This document shows, piece by piece, positions 36,536-49,700 of a DNA stretch of 64,000 nucleotides. Location of the stretch: NCBI RefSeq assembly GCF_018350175.1, contig NC_058368.1, forward strand, positions 26,352,001 to 26,416,000. The letters run 5' to 3'. Each line of letters begins with the position of its first letter. Position 1 is the stretch's first letter. Made by a program: the position numbers and the translations under genes. This DNA is from Felis catus (lineage: Eukaryota). Under the pieces are notes generated by a model, which saw nothing but the letters and a program-made list of their open reading frames with translations, made no database searches and was not told the origin of the DNA.

Positions 36536-39500
36536 GAATTTTGTCACCTATTAAGGTGTGCGGCCATTGTCTGTTCACATGGGTCTCTCCCCGCTGGACT
36601 GTAGGTTCCTGGTGGCCAGGGAACCGTGTTCAACATTCCCACACCCTGATGCCATGGAGGGCCCACAGTCTGCCTTCTGAAAGGCTTAGAATGGAACAAA
36701 TCTGGTCAGGACTGTTGCTGAGGGTGTGGTGCTGAGCCCTCCTGCCCCGGCTCGCGTGTATTTTTATACATGGGGTTTTTCTGATTTTGTTTGAAAGGGA
36801 AAAACCGTCCCTAAAATAATAACAATAATAATAATAATAAAACGAATATAATCCAGTTCCCTGTGGGAAAACCGGAAACCCACTGAGGGCTGGTGATTTG
36901 CCAGGCATCCTGGCATAGTTGGTGGGCCAGCCAGGATCCGAACCCATGGTCCCCATTCTCTAATTGGCCTTGCTGCCACACGGCCTTCTCCACGAAAGGC
37001 GATTGTCCTCTGTCGTTTCCCCCCTTGCTCTCTGCCTGTCTCCTCCCTCAGAAGACAGGGCAGACCCCTCCCCAGAGCCAGCCCCGGCTCTGGGTCGGGG
37101 CCCTGCCAGGTCGGGCAGCCCAGCATGGAGTCGGTGGGGCTGCCATAAACAGGGGAGTGTGCTTCCTTTCCCACAAGCTTTAATGGAGCGAGGGGGGACT
37201 CAGCCCCCGGGTCTCTCCAGGCAACCCCAACGCAGGGTAGCTCAGCTGATCTCCAGATGGCCCAGCAAGAGGAAAACTTGATGAAGGTCTTCATTCTCTG
37301 AGGCCTTTCCTTCCCTGAGGAGAGGGTTCGCTTCCTGGGAAACCGTAGACGAGGCCGCGTGTGAGAGACAGAGGTCCAAGTTGTGGGGAGGGGTGTGTGT
37401 AAATGCGCGTGTGAGAAAACCCAAGGCGCGGGGCAAGGGTGGGGTAGAGACGGAGGCAGCAGAGAGGAGAAGTGATGCAAAGAAACCACCTTCCTCAGAG
37501 AGTTTTGGGGAGCTCAGTGTCCTGAAGAGAACTTGGAACTGTACCTGACACGGTAAGTGCCATGTGGACGTTGTTGATTATTGCAGAGGTGGAGAGTGTG
37601 GTGGACGAGAGAGAGGAAGGGAAGGGGGGGGGTGGTGCGGGCAGGAGCTGGTCCCGGAAGCCCAGCAATGCAAGGAAAGGTGGAATCTGGGCGGGGCTCC
37701 CTTGTCTGGCCCTTCTCCCATAAAGCTGACTCTGTTCCTCTTCCTCCCTCATTGTATTTTTAAATCTAAATAGCGCAGCCTCCATTGTGTGAAGGAACAC
37801 GATTTTCTGGATTCCCTGAAGCGCCTCAGCACACTGTACGTTGAGAGTCTGCCTGGCAACAGCCATCTAGGTCCCAGGGATGGTGACGGAGGGGCCTGGT
37901 GGCCACATACCGCCTCAGCCCTGATAGTAAAGATTCCGCGGTGCGCCCGAGCCTTCCTGCCTGCCCTCCTACCCCTGTAAGCCCTCTGGGTCTCCTCCCA
38001 TCTTTGGCCGGAGGGAACCCCTTCCCAGATTGTGTCGGATTGAGGGTGAAGCCCACACAGCCCAGGGCTCCCTGGACGAGATGGGTCCTGGCCCTTCCAG
38101 GCCCTGACGACGCTGTGCGGCTGGAGCTCCGTCCCCCACCTGTGCCTTGAGGCCCTGCCCCACTTTGTGATGGCTCTGAAGGGTCAAGGGCGGGACCCGG
38201 GTCCACAGTGATTTTCAGTCTGGGCCATCACAGGGGGCCCTTTTGGGTTAACGTTTAAAAAATGTGCTCTCCTCTCTCCGTGGAGGCTGAGAAGCGTCCC
38301 AAGGAGGGTTTCTACCCCAGCGGGGCCGGCTCCTGCGCTGGCGGCCTGGAAAACACTGCTGTCCCTGGCATCGTCCTGGTGCCCGGAGCTGGTGGTGGCT
38401 GCAGGAACAGAACCTCAGCCCCAAGCAAAGGGCGGATCACCAGGCCCAGTGACCGTCTGCGTCAGCCCCATACCCTCTCAGGCTGCGGGAGATCATCCAG
38501 AAGCTTTCGGGCCTCTCAGGTGAGACAATGCAAGAGCTGGCTTGGCTTGGGGAAGGGGGACAGCGTGCAGCCTGCGCTGGACTGAGGTGGGGGGGGGGAC
38601 GCTGGAGACCAGCCAGCGGGCCACAGCTCGTGCAGTTTGAAGAGGCAATGCTAATTGAACACCCAAGGCCAGGGGAGAGAATAAGTAGTCGTGTTAGACA
38701 CAGAGTAGCGATAACTGCTCCTTGGTGAGAGGCTGAGACGGACAGAGGCGGAAAGAGGCACCCCCGGCCCCCTCAAGGGACATTTGTCAAGGTGGCTTAC
38801 TAGGGAAAAGCGCGAGCCCTCGCTTTCAGGGCTGCTTTGATGGCTGGTTCTCTGGCACTCTGCCCAGCCTCCCTGTGGCATTGGTGCGCAGGGGAGGCTG
38901 TGCGCTGGCTTCCTCTTGTCCCGGGTGCAAATGGCAGCAAATCCCAAGCTGGGCGATTACATCAGTGACTTTCCCCCTCCTCAGCCCCTGGGGAGGCTGG
39001 CCAGGTTGGAAAGCAGCAGGAATCTTTTCCAACACAAATAAGCGATAATTTTAGGTAGCGGCCCTGATTGTAGAAAATGGGGAGAGGCATCTTTTGGGTT
39101 TCGCTCAGGTTGAGAGGGTTTGGAGCTAAGCCCAGTCCCTTCAGGGCTGCAGGCCAGCCCAAGAGACTGAGAGCTGGAGAGATGTCCCTTGAAATACAGG
39201 TTTGGTGACTTCTGCCGGTAAATGACCTTAATTCACAGAACTGCACGCTCCTGCTCGGTTTCCATCCTCTGCTTTTTGCAGCAAAGAAACCCCCGGCCAG
39301 GTTCTCCACCGTGTTAGGCAGGGGACAAACGGAGTGTTTTCCTACTATGTAAAGAGCCTGAGTTTTCCCACATACAGAGCACGGAACAATGCCACCAACC
39401 TCTCTCCTTTTATTTTCCCAAAACACCTACCAGAAGAGAGGGCAAACACCGATTGAGTGGAGGTCTGCCTAATAAACAGATGCCTTTTGTGCCACCATCG

Positions 39501-41189
39501 TATTGAAAGTCGTCTTGTGTTCTGGCAACCACCCTGACTTCCTCAAAGGACAATTAGATTGTGCCCCCAGGACCGGTGTGAAAGGTGGGGGGGTCCCGAG
39601 GATGCCAGATGCTGTGGGCCCCACGACGTGACTTCGTGCTCGTGAAGTCTTTAAGGAGCCTACGAGCCCAGGAAGCCGCCCCAGGCCCCGGCTCTCTGCT
39701 CGTCCTGAGCTCCGAAGACACAGCATCATCTGTGTCTAGCTCAGCATCAACTGAGCTAGATGCTCAGTCCGCAGCATCTAGCGCCCGTTTCCTGCGTCTT
39801 ACTCCCTGACAATCCTGTTGACGCCTTACCGCCAGAAATGTACCTTTGTTCTGTTCTCGCTCGTCCCCCGCCACCACCAGCTTATCCAGTCTGAAGATGT
39901 TTATCAAAATGATAGTTAAGATGAAAGACAGAGGAGAAATAAGCCTTTCTCTCATACAGAAATAATACAGGTCTCAGAACTGGACACGTTTCTCCCATCC
40001 TTCCTGAGGACGCGTCCCTCTGGGATGTGGTTCTGGAGTGAAGGTCGAGAGTGTGGGAGGTGGAACAGGCAGGGCCTGTGGCCTGGCCCAAGCAAATCAC
40101 GTCCGGGGATTCCGAGTGGGTGATAAGGCGAATCACTGAAATGTCGGAAAATCTCTGCCCTCCCCCCGTTTTCTTCTCCCTCCTTCCTCCCTCCCTTCCC
40201 CCTCCTTTCTTTCCTCTCTATCTTCCTTTCCTCCCCCAGCCCCCCTTCCCCATCCTTTTGGAATCTCCAGCTCCATGTGACTTGACCACATGTCCTGCAT
40301 CCGCTCCCTTCAGGAGTGACATAGGAGGAGATTGGAAGATGACAAACATACAATCAGAGTGAAACTAGCAGTCGGTCAGCCTCTTAACAGATTCCGATGG
40401 TCCTCCAGAGCCCAGAGCAATTCTCAGTCTCGCCTAACCTCTGTTATTGATTATAAATAACAATAATATAGATAATCATGGCACCGAGGTACTATCTGAA
40501 CTTTGAATTCTCTCCATCAGCGGGAATGGATTGCATTGACCCATCCACACTTTCCCACTTGCCCACACTGTCTGGGCATTCTTGCTGCTGAGAGCGTGTT
40601 GTTCTAAGATAGGGTCCTGGTAGGGGTAGGATTTTGAATGTGAATCTTTTTTTTTTTTTTTTTTTTAACCTATGCAGTCCCCACCTGTCCTGAGTAGCAA
40701 TTATTATTATATCATTATATGGTTGCAGCAATGATTACATATATAATTGTATGCATAGAGGTAATTACGTGCATATATAATCTGCATGCATTTTACAGTT
40801 TTTTCAAAGCAATGTCACATACATCATATCATTTGCTTCCCACGACAGCCCTGTGATGTGAGAGGGCAGGACATCTTCAAACGTATGGCTGAGGACATCA
40901 AGGTCCAGAGAAAAGAGTGATGGGCAGAAGCCAGGGCGAGAAGCCAATGGCCTGATTTCTGGTCCTGGGCCATTTCTACAATTCAGTTCTGCCTCCCCCC
41001 ACCACTCCGGTCTTGCTGAAAGGATGTATTCACCAAGAGGCTACTACTTACTGACTCATTCATTCATTCCTTTCATGAACCATTATGGAGCTCCAGGCAC
41101 TGTTGTATGTCTGGAATACACAGCAGTGAAAATCAAAGTGAAACAAAACCCAAACCAGCCCTTTCTGTTCATGATTAGGCCCTGTTAAG

Positions 41190-41450
41190 GGCAGTGCCGT
41201 GATAAAGAGCTCAGAGGCTGGGGCCCGACTGCCTGGGTCTGAGTCCCAGCTCCCCTGGTCACCAGCAGTAGCCTCTCTGGCAAGTTTTTCAAACCTTCTG
41301 CGTCTCAGTGTCTTCATCGGTAAGTCAAGGATAATTATAGTACCTCCCTGAGGGCTGTTTAGTGCGGTGGACACGAGGGTACAAGTGTATTCTCACGAGT
41401 ACCTGAGTCGTCTCTGGCATACAGCAAGCCCTCCAGAAAAGCTACTGGTG
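41190..41450 (+). mobile_element. MIR
   Basis: 'gactgcctgggtctgagtcccagctc...ctcagtgtcttcatcggtaa...ggataattatagtacct'. Confidence 0.75.
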
Positions 41451-41527
41451 GGTCCAACCGATCTTATGGGGGGGCTGAAAAACCTAAATACGTGTGAAGA
41501 TTGTAAAATGCTTAAGAATACATTGCA

Positions 41528-41752
41528 GGGGCACCTGGGTGACGCAGTCGGTTAAGCGTCCGACTTCAGCCAGGTCACGATCTCGCGGTCCGGGAGTTCG
41601 AGCCCCGCATCAGGCTCTGGGCTGATGGCTCAGAGCCTGGAGCCTGTTTCCGATTCTGTGTCTCCCTCTCTCTCTGCCCCTCCCCCGTTCATGCTCTGTC
41701 TCTCTCTGTCCCAAAAATAAATAAAAACGTTGAAAAAAAAATTAAAAATAAA
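41528..41752 (+). mobile_element. Young felid Can-SINE (SINEC_Fc-type)
   Basis: Same diagnostic body as the 16 and 17 kb copies (CTGGGCTGATGGCTCAGAG, AAACGTTG tail); no TSD visible. Confidence 0.96.
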
Positions 41753-42196
41753 GTTTGTGTAGGTCAAAGTAAGAGAAAAATAGAAGTCTGCGTATAGGTG
41801 TGTATACTGAGGACTTTCAAGAGGTCAGTGGTACAGTTTATACCTCTGTTTTGACAGCATTATGAACATCCAAGGCTGAAACTTTCTAGTTACTTCACAG
41901 ATGGAACTTGACTCCAGGCATCTCCCCCGGCCCCACCATTAAGGGGCTGGCTTGGCTTTGCCCAGGGTCCCATCTGATGCCCCACTCACCCGGGGGCACA
42001 GATAGGATTGATATCCTTGGGTGTTCTCACAGCTCTGCCTAGGCAAGTCAGTTACCTGTATCACTTTTATTGTTTAAATTCTGAATTTCTTAGGAGAGTC
42101 TGTCTTATGCTATGGACAAGGGGCTTGTGAAAGTGCAAAACTTTCCAACTTAATCCAGTGTCTCTCGAGATGACAGTTTGTGCATCAATCCGTGGG

Positions 42197-42329
42197 CAGG
42201 TTGACCGTACGTCCTGATCTGCCCAGGACAGTCACCATTTACGTTTGGTGTCCTGGTATGATTATTTATAGTACCCCATTTCGTGCCTACAAGTATCCTG
42301 GCTGGGGTGCTAAATGCCATGGTCACTTA
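42197..42329. mobile_element. MER94-like hAT-Blackjack MITE
   Basis: ~133 bp; 'aggttgaccgtacgtcc...attatttatagtacccc...atggtcactta'. Confidence 0.7.
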
Positions 42330-42509
42330 CCTGTAGCACACAGCTGGCCTACTCTGAGCCACTGTCTGTGAGCTTTGCACAGATGGGCCCTCAAGGCCGA
42401 AGGAGAGCAGTGAGATTTAGAAGAAATCTAAATTTTCCTCGATAAGAAAAGGCGATGACTAGAAAACTGACCTCAACTAAACACTGAATCTAAAATGCTA
42501 AACAGAGTC

Positions 42510-42860
42510 AGTGTTACAGCAGAAACAGAGTTCACCGAATACCCGCGTGCGCCCCAACGTTTCCCAGTCTTCCCTGCAGACAGGCTGGGCCATGCGACTG
42601 GCGGTGGCCAATGTCATGCTGCATGGAAGTGAAGCGTCACCTCCGGGGCCAGGGTGGTGTCTCTCCTACATCTCACTTTCTGTGCCGTGGTGACCTTGTG
42701 TTATGAAGGCGGTGCGAGCTGGCCTATGGAGACACCCCTCGCAGGGAAGCTTTGCCAGCCTGCACCGGTCAGACTTGTGTGAGCGAGAAGGAAGCACCCA
42801 CTGGCTGAGTGACAGCTTTTCTGTTGTTACTGCAACATGGCGGCACCCGGACACGAAGTT
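42510..42860 (+). mobile_element. MLT1-like solo LTR
   Basis: 'tttcccagtcttccctgcag...ggccatgcgact...ggccaatg...ttgttactgcaacat'. Confidence 0.55.
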
Positions 42861-43333
42861 AGAATATTCTCGTGTCTGCATAGAATGAGAATTGTCTTTT
42901 AGGTCGAGACGTGGAAAAAGCCCTTAGCCTTTGCACCATGGACAGAGCTTTGGGAGTCGAGGCTCAGCGCCCTGTACCCCGGTGTGTGATCTACTTGGGA
43001 CGACAGATACACAAGACCTGGAGCGAAACAAGACACAGCGTCTCATTGTTGCCGAACTCCGAACCCCAAAGGCTTAAAACGCACGCAGGAAAAGCTCTTG
43101 CACAGGGTCGATGCAGTGCTCAGTTTGGGGGTATTCCTGCTGAGTCCTTGCTTCGGCTCAAACTAAGTCAAAGTTTAAGCTGGCGAGTTTGTTCCCAGAT
43201 GCTAATTGGTGGATGGGCAGCATCAGAATCTTCTGGACGCTAAAAAGATACACACACGCATGCATGTGGTCCCTGGAGACTCTGGTTCTCTGCAGACCCT
43301 GGGTGGATTCCGGCTTTAAAAACCACCCTTCCG

Positions 43334-43539
43334 GGGGCGCCTGGGTGGCTCCGTCGGTTAAGCGTCCGACCTCGGCTCAGGTCACGATCTCGCGGGGTCC
43401 GTGAGTTTGAGCCCCGCGTTGGGCTCTGTGCTGACTGCTCAGAGCCTGGAGCCTGTTTGAGATTCTGTGTCTCCCTCTCTCTCTGACCCTCCCCCGTTCA
43501 TGCTGTCTCAAAAATAAACGTTAAAAAAAAAAAAAAAAA
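43334..43539 (+). mobile_element. Can-SINE
   Basis: Full head and poly-A; TSD-like cacccttcc on both sides. Confidence 0.95.
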
Positions 43540-44879
43540 CACCCTTCCCCACCCCAAGAGATGGTGCCCAACAGCAAGGGATTGCTGACAAATGGAATGT
43601 GGTGTTTATTTCACATTACAATGAATTCAAGGGGTCGCTAGTGCTCTCTTTGCAGGGTCTGCCACTGTAATTTACATACCCAGAGAAAGCGCTCACGTAT
43701 CACAGGAGGTACTGGTTGGCTGTGACCGGCGGCGTGACGCCAGGCTCTCACCAGCACGCAAAGTGAGATTCAGACTTTCTCACCTCATGAGACCTGCTCA
43801 TCCGTCTCCCGCTAGGGGCTTGATTTTCGGTGGAAGAGCAGCGTTTCCAAACTGGGTTGGAACCTATTCATGGGCTATAAAACCAGCTGAGGGGGACACA
43901 ACCAGTATTAAAACAAAACAGAACAAAAAAAACCACAAAAAACAAAGAAAGAAAGAGACTGGGGACGGGGAGGGGGTAGACTACATGACATATGTTAAGG
44001 ATAAGCGTTGTCCTGGAAAACTTGTTTTGGTGGATGCGTTGTGCTTTAGGTTGCCACGTATTTCTTACCGTGGGTCGTGGCAAAAAATGTACGTCTCTGC
44101 CGTATGGCATAAATCAACCATGACCCTAAGGTACTTAGGCAGCCCTGTCTCTGCTTTCAGAAGAGTGACAGAAGTCACCGGGAAGGGCAGACTGTCACAC
44201 ACGAGAACTTCGGGGAGGCTCCCTGAAAAGTAATAGGAAACCAATTTGTGGATGATCCCAGTAGCCTGGGGAGATAAATCAGTCACAGGAAGTTTTACCA
44301 ATAGTAGCTGATTCAGCTGGCCACACCTGTCACCTGGGGACAGCGGGGCTTATCCAGAGCCTGATCTGGCTAAATTTCAGTTTCCCTTTCCTGAAAATAG
44401 GGATTATCATCCTGTTGACTGTTACTGTTGTGGGAAAAACCCAATTGGTGGTGGGGGAAGACCCGCAAAGCGTGGGCCCAGCAAAGGCCTTTCATGTCGG
44501 GCATGCTGTTAGGGCAGGAAGAGAAAGGCCAGACTCCGAGCAAGACTAGGCCATGTGGGAGTTAGGCCACGTAAGGGAGCACGGACCAGGTAAACTACGT
44601 CAAGCAGCCTTTCTTCCTCTGGCCTCTTGGCAGGAGCCCTGAGGTCTGATCTTTCACAGTACACTGGTCTTACTCAGTGACCTAGAAGAGAACAGGCAGC
44701 AGAGCCAACAGGATGAGGGGACCAGCTCGCAGAGCATCTCGTGTGCAGTTCTCGTGGTGGGAGATGCCTCCTGCCGGCTTGGGAGGGGCCTGGCAGTGGC
44801 AGTGATGGGGAGCACAAGGGTGGTAGACTGTCTTTGGGGCTGCTGGTTTTGAAGCAGGCCTGCAACCCTCTTCTCAGCA

Positions 44880-45130
44880 GGAAGAGAGGAGGAGAAGGAG
44901 GAGGAGAAGGGAGGGGAGGAGGGGGAGGAGGGAGGGGAGGAGGGGGAGGAGGGAGGGGAGGAGGGGGAGGAGGGAGGGGAGGAGGGGGAGGAGGGAGGGA
45001 GGAGGGAGGGGAGGAGGGAGGGGAGGAGGGGGAGGGGAGGAGGGGGAGGAGGGGGATGGAGGGGAGGAGAAGGGGGAGGATGGAGAGGGAGGGGAGGAGG
45101 GGGAGGAGGAGGAGGATGGGAGAAAAGAAG
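44880..45130. repeat. Polypurine G/A repeat with a 21-bp minisatellite core
   Basis: Four exact copies of gggaggggaggagggggagga at 44909-44992 within a ~250-bp near-pure purine tract. Confidence 0.9.
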
Positions 45131-45591
45131 GCCCTAAAGAATATCACTGAAGGGTCTGGGTTTCGTAAAAGACTCCAGTGGACAAAAAGCTCCCCCCCCC
45201 GCCCCATTTCCAAGTGCACCATTTCCAACAAAGCCCCCGAAGTGGTTGGCAGAAGTCCTGGCCACTGCCACCGCTTCCATGTTTAAAGTTCTCCCAATAT
45301 TGAGGAATGAACGAAATTGCCAAGAGTGCAAAGATGGAATTTTAAGAAGCAACACAGGACTGTTTAAAGTTGCACACTGAACATCTTTAATCCCGATGCC
45401 GATCTCTGTGGTCGCCCCTCGGACTTCCTGAGGCCGTATCAGAAGTCAGAACAACCGAGCAGGCTGATTCTCCCTTTCCTCCACCAGCCGTGCCCGCAGG
45501 ATAGGCCTCGCTTAAGAGCAAGCTTCAGCGGGGGCTGTCTTTGCCGCTTGGAATGGGACAAAACTTTCTCTTTAGCCGGGTCTTCTCAGGA

Positions 45592-45720
45592 TCGTGGTCC
45601 TGAAAATTTAGAGTGCGTAAGCCTCACCCAGGGAGCTTGTACAAAACATTAGCGTTGGCCCCACCTGCCGCACTTAAATTGAGCAGGCGTAAGGTAGAAC
45701 CCCAGAGTCTGCATTTCGAG
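45592..45720. mobile_element. MER5-like hAT MITE fragment
   Basis: 'tcacccagggagcttgt...ggccccacc...gtctgcatttc'. Confidence 0.55.
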
Positions 45721-46317
45721 ATGCATCTCCCACTTGCCCCACCCCCGCCACACACTGGGATGCCCATGTAGGCAGACCACACTCTGAGGGGCTGTGGGGA
45801 GGCTGGCCAGGGAGAGGTGTGCACCCACCAGCCCTGGGCCAAACTCTCCCAGCCTCCAGGCTGACCACCCAGAGTGAGATGAGACTCCAGCCCTCCTGGG
45901 TCCTGAGGTTGGCTGGTTTTCATAAAGAGGCCTCAGACACCTGCTCCTCATCAAGTCCTAAGACAAAGAGCAGATAACAGCTAATCGAACCTTGACACGC
46001 TTTGTAGGTGGCTTTTCTGCATCGAAAAAAAGAACAAAAAACAAAAAAACCCCGCCCAAAACAAAACAAAACGAGTAAAAAAGTAAAATGTGTGGAAAAT
46101 CCAAGGTCATGAGAGCAGCCCAGGGCTTCATTCTGGGCCAAGACCTCGAAGGTAAATCTAGCTCTAATTCCCCAGCCACAGATTCCTTAACCCTTTCCCA
46201 AACGTCTAATCCTGTCCCCCACCCCCCACCCCAACCCCACCTGGAGCTATTCTGGCATGTTCTTCGCTTCAGGTTTCTCACTGTAACCCACACATGGTAT
46301 AAGGTTGAACAAAGACA

Positions 46318-46323
46318 TTTATT
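46318..46323 (-). terminator. SERP2: Polyadenylation signal AATAAA of SERP2
   Basis: tttatt on the + strand, ~380 nt downstream of the SERP2 stop. Confidence 0.7.
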
Positions 46324-46699
46324 CGTAAAACCAATCCCCAACGGAGGAGAGGCTGTATCCATAGAAAGTAACCTGGTGATCCTTCGGAGGGCCACATACA
46401 TACATTTGTGAGACCAGGGGCAAAACCAGACAGGGTGCTGCCGCAGACATCTGGGAGCTACCAATCCCACCAACAGAAAAGCAAAATGTCCTTTCCGCTC
46501 GAGAACACGGATGTACCAAGATGTCCTGTGAGAAGGCAATGTGGTCTGACATCCACGATGAAGTGATCAGGGAACAATGGAGGGAGCCTTTTTTTTCTAC
46601 TCGGTGTGGCTGTTTGCTTCCCACAGATCCCTGGCTAAAAGCTTAAGTGGTCCTCCGCCCTCCAGAGGGGGGGGGGCAGGGTCAAATCCCCAGGCCTTC

Positions 46700-46740
46700 T
46701 CACATGCCCATCCTTATGCTCTGAATGATCTGAAAGATAG
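46700..46740 (-). CDS. SERP2: Stress-associated endoplasmic reticulum protein 2 (RAMP4 family), last coding exon
   Basis: Minus strand: ttttcctctttcag|CTATCTTTCAGATCATTCAGAGCATAAGGATGGGCATGTGA = (A)IFQIIQSIRMGM*. Confidence 0.95.
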
Positions 46741-49700
46741 CTGAAAGAGGAAAACAAGACAGCTCAGATAGCAGGCAGCACACAGCTGGAAACCCAAGCC
46801 CACAGCGAACCCTGCTTCTGCTGACCCCTGGGCCCTTGACATGTTAGCATCCAGCTGATTAGATATTTCCTAACAAGGAGTTAAGTTAACAAGAGGTCAG
46901 TGAACTTCTTTAAAAAGGCAGCCTTGCTCCGTCTGCTGATGGATGCCTCGGGGATTTATAGATAACTCCCGCTAATTCCATCAGGAGTTCAGGCCAGAGA
47001 TCCCTCAGGCGCTCACGGATTTGGCCCCCTTCCCCAGAAGTGTCCTGTGGCTGCTGGGGAGAGGGGACGGGGCTTTCATACAGGCACTGCACTCATTTCA
47101 CAGGTCAGCGAGGCTGCCTTTTCAAAACGGCAGTGGCCTGGAAAATGAGCGGCCCCCGAGCAGGGAATGCAGGCCAGGTGCTTGGAGCAGATGCATCAAA
47201 CCGGGCCCCTGGATGCCGGTAGCCCTTGATGCAAGATCTGCTGGCTGCCTGTAACTCCTCTGAAATGCCGCTACCTCTCATCCAGAGCCACCAGGAGTTT
47301 TTGACCGAGGGGGTGGGGAGCCTGGAAGCCCACCTGGCACCCCCGCTTATCTTGCTAAGAGCGAGTTAGCTCCCCCCGCCTGGTTCTAGCTATGGGGGTT
47401 AAATGTGTCCCGGGGAACATAAGGCCGAAGCGTCTTTGTTATGCCCTCCCCGGAGGGCAATGGCGGTCAGGCTTGATGAGGACGAGAACAGATGAGAACC
47501 GTCACTACCACGTGCTGCATGATTTCTTGGAGGTGAGGCTGGGTATCATTTCATTTAATCCCGTCTAAAAACAGGATCAACAGGGACGAGCTGAGCGGCC
47601 ACGCTAAAGCGGACTACCCAGAACCTTCGGGAAACAAGCCCTTGACATTCCATCATCTAACGTTAGTGAGCACGTACTGTGCACCAGGTACTGTGCTTTG
47701 GGTGTGCAGAGGTTAGTAACACACAGGGCCTTGGGGGATCTTCCTTGGACAGCTAGATTTGAAGGAAAGATAAAGCATGAATGCATTTTTTTTCCCTAAA
47801 AAACCGAAACTAAACCAAAACAAAAACCCTGCACGCATCATCACTACTCTCCTAAATTGGATATACACCAAACCTGACATAATATTAATTTTTCACGAAG
47901 GTTCAGTGTGACCATAATGAAAAACAGTCATTGCTAAGACCCCGATGGAGTATTGGCACGGGGTGTGCAAGGTATTTGATCTGAGACCCAAACAGCTCTG
48001 GTTGGCTGTGCTCTGGGCTCTCGTTTCTGCTTCTTCGTCCTTTATTTCAGTGATGATCTCCGCTCACCTCTCTGGTGTTACCAAACCAGCCTGTGCTGGG
48101 CCCTCTTCTGTTACTATGTTGCTATCGACCAAGCTGAACACAAAGACCGTTTAGAATTACACAGAAAATCGAAGTTAGCCAGTTCTGTGTGAACTGTCCT
48201 CTCCGCGTCCAGCGAAGGAGTGAATTCAACAACTTGTGATCCTCCATTATGGTTGTGCTCGGAAGTTTCCTTGGCCCATCCCGGGTTTGGGGGTGGGTCT
48301 ATGACAGCAGAAGTTGCTGAGGGGGTGAGAAAGTACCTTCCCCAAATGGATAAGCTCACAGAAATGGCTGACCTTCCTGTCCTCCCCTGCCAGGGCTGAC
48401 AAGGAACAAACGTTAAATAAACATGCCGTATTCCGGTTCAACGGGAGTGCTGGGAGGCAGCTGTATATTGGACAACATTAGGAAAAAGAGTATCTACATC
48501 TACCGTGCCTCATGTTTTGTTCTTGGGGTCAGGGAAGCATCCCTAATCTTGACAAACAAGTCTACCGTGGAAGGGCAGGGTCAGACGGAACTAGGTCTGA
48601 ATTCCAGTTCTTCACCAGACGGATTAGTTAACGTTTTCGAGACCGCCTCCTTTTGGGTGAAATGAGAACCATGGTGCTTGGGGTGCTGTCATAGGGATTA
48701 AACGATAACGACAGTGGCTCTGCCTACACTGAGGGCTCGATGCGTGGGAGCTACTGCTATTGTTACCATCTCTCCGGTCATGACCTCTGCTTCTCCGTGC
48801 GTGAGCACGAGACCAGAGCTCAAGTACCAAGTGCTACCTGCCACTCCCTAGTGGTGTGAACTTCGGGAAACTCCCACACAGTTCCGGAGCCCTGCTTTCT
48901 CTACTGGTAAAGCTGTAGATAATGTACATCTCAGAGGATGGCAAGGAATGAAGATCATGATAGAAGCAAAAAAAAAAATCTGCCCATAATAAAATGCTCA
49001 AAAATGTTATTTCTCCCTTCATTTTAGCCTTAGACAGGACATCGTTATCAGCGGAAAGTAGGTCAACAAATAGGAAACAGTCTGTGCCTTAGGTCCATCA
49101 TGCCCCATTAAGTTAATTCATGACTTCAAAAGTGCTAGGTAATGATAAAGCCACTCAATTCTCTTTTCGGAACGGTTGCAAATTTCTCTAAAGAGTCTTA
49201 GATGAGATTTTTTTTTTTTTATTTCAGAGTAGCAACACTTCTGGTAAAGCAACTTACCAGTTCCTAAGTCTGCTTTAAGAACTAAAGATCACTCTTGACC
49301 CTACTGAATCCGTGAATTAAATGTAAACATCTGATGGTCCTTAACAGGTGTACAGGTGACTCTTTAAAATGGAACCTGGTTGGAGAAATTACTTTGAATA
49401 AAGTCTGTTGTAAGTTCACCATTTGCCTTCACCTTTGAGATAAGGGAGAGTGGGTTGCATTTATTATTCCTTTTTCAGTTGTATCAATGTCTTTAAGAAG
49501 CCTCCAACATTCTAGAGCAATTATGTTAATTGTACGTCTCTGTGCCTGCCAGTAATGACCCGCAGAGTCACCCTGGCTTTCCACGTGCTGGCTTCCCGAG
49601 GCAGCGACCAGGAAGGGAGCCAACAGTGGGTTCAAAGAGGGAAAGGAAGTGGGGAGTCTGGACCCTGACAAGTTAATAACTTAACAGTGGGTGAACAAAG

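Noticed and set aside
36764..37489. 241-aa minus-strand ORF
   Set aside because: No recognisable domain; runs through a simple (AAT)n repeat
44674..45286. Poly-Pro (formin-like) and Gly/Arg-rich ORFs
   Set aside because: Translations of the G/A simple repeat
10400..46290. Possible lncRNA between TSC22D1 and SERP2
   Set aside because: No exon structure or promoter can be supported from the sequence alone
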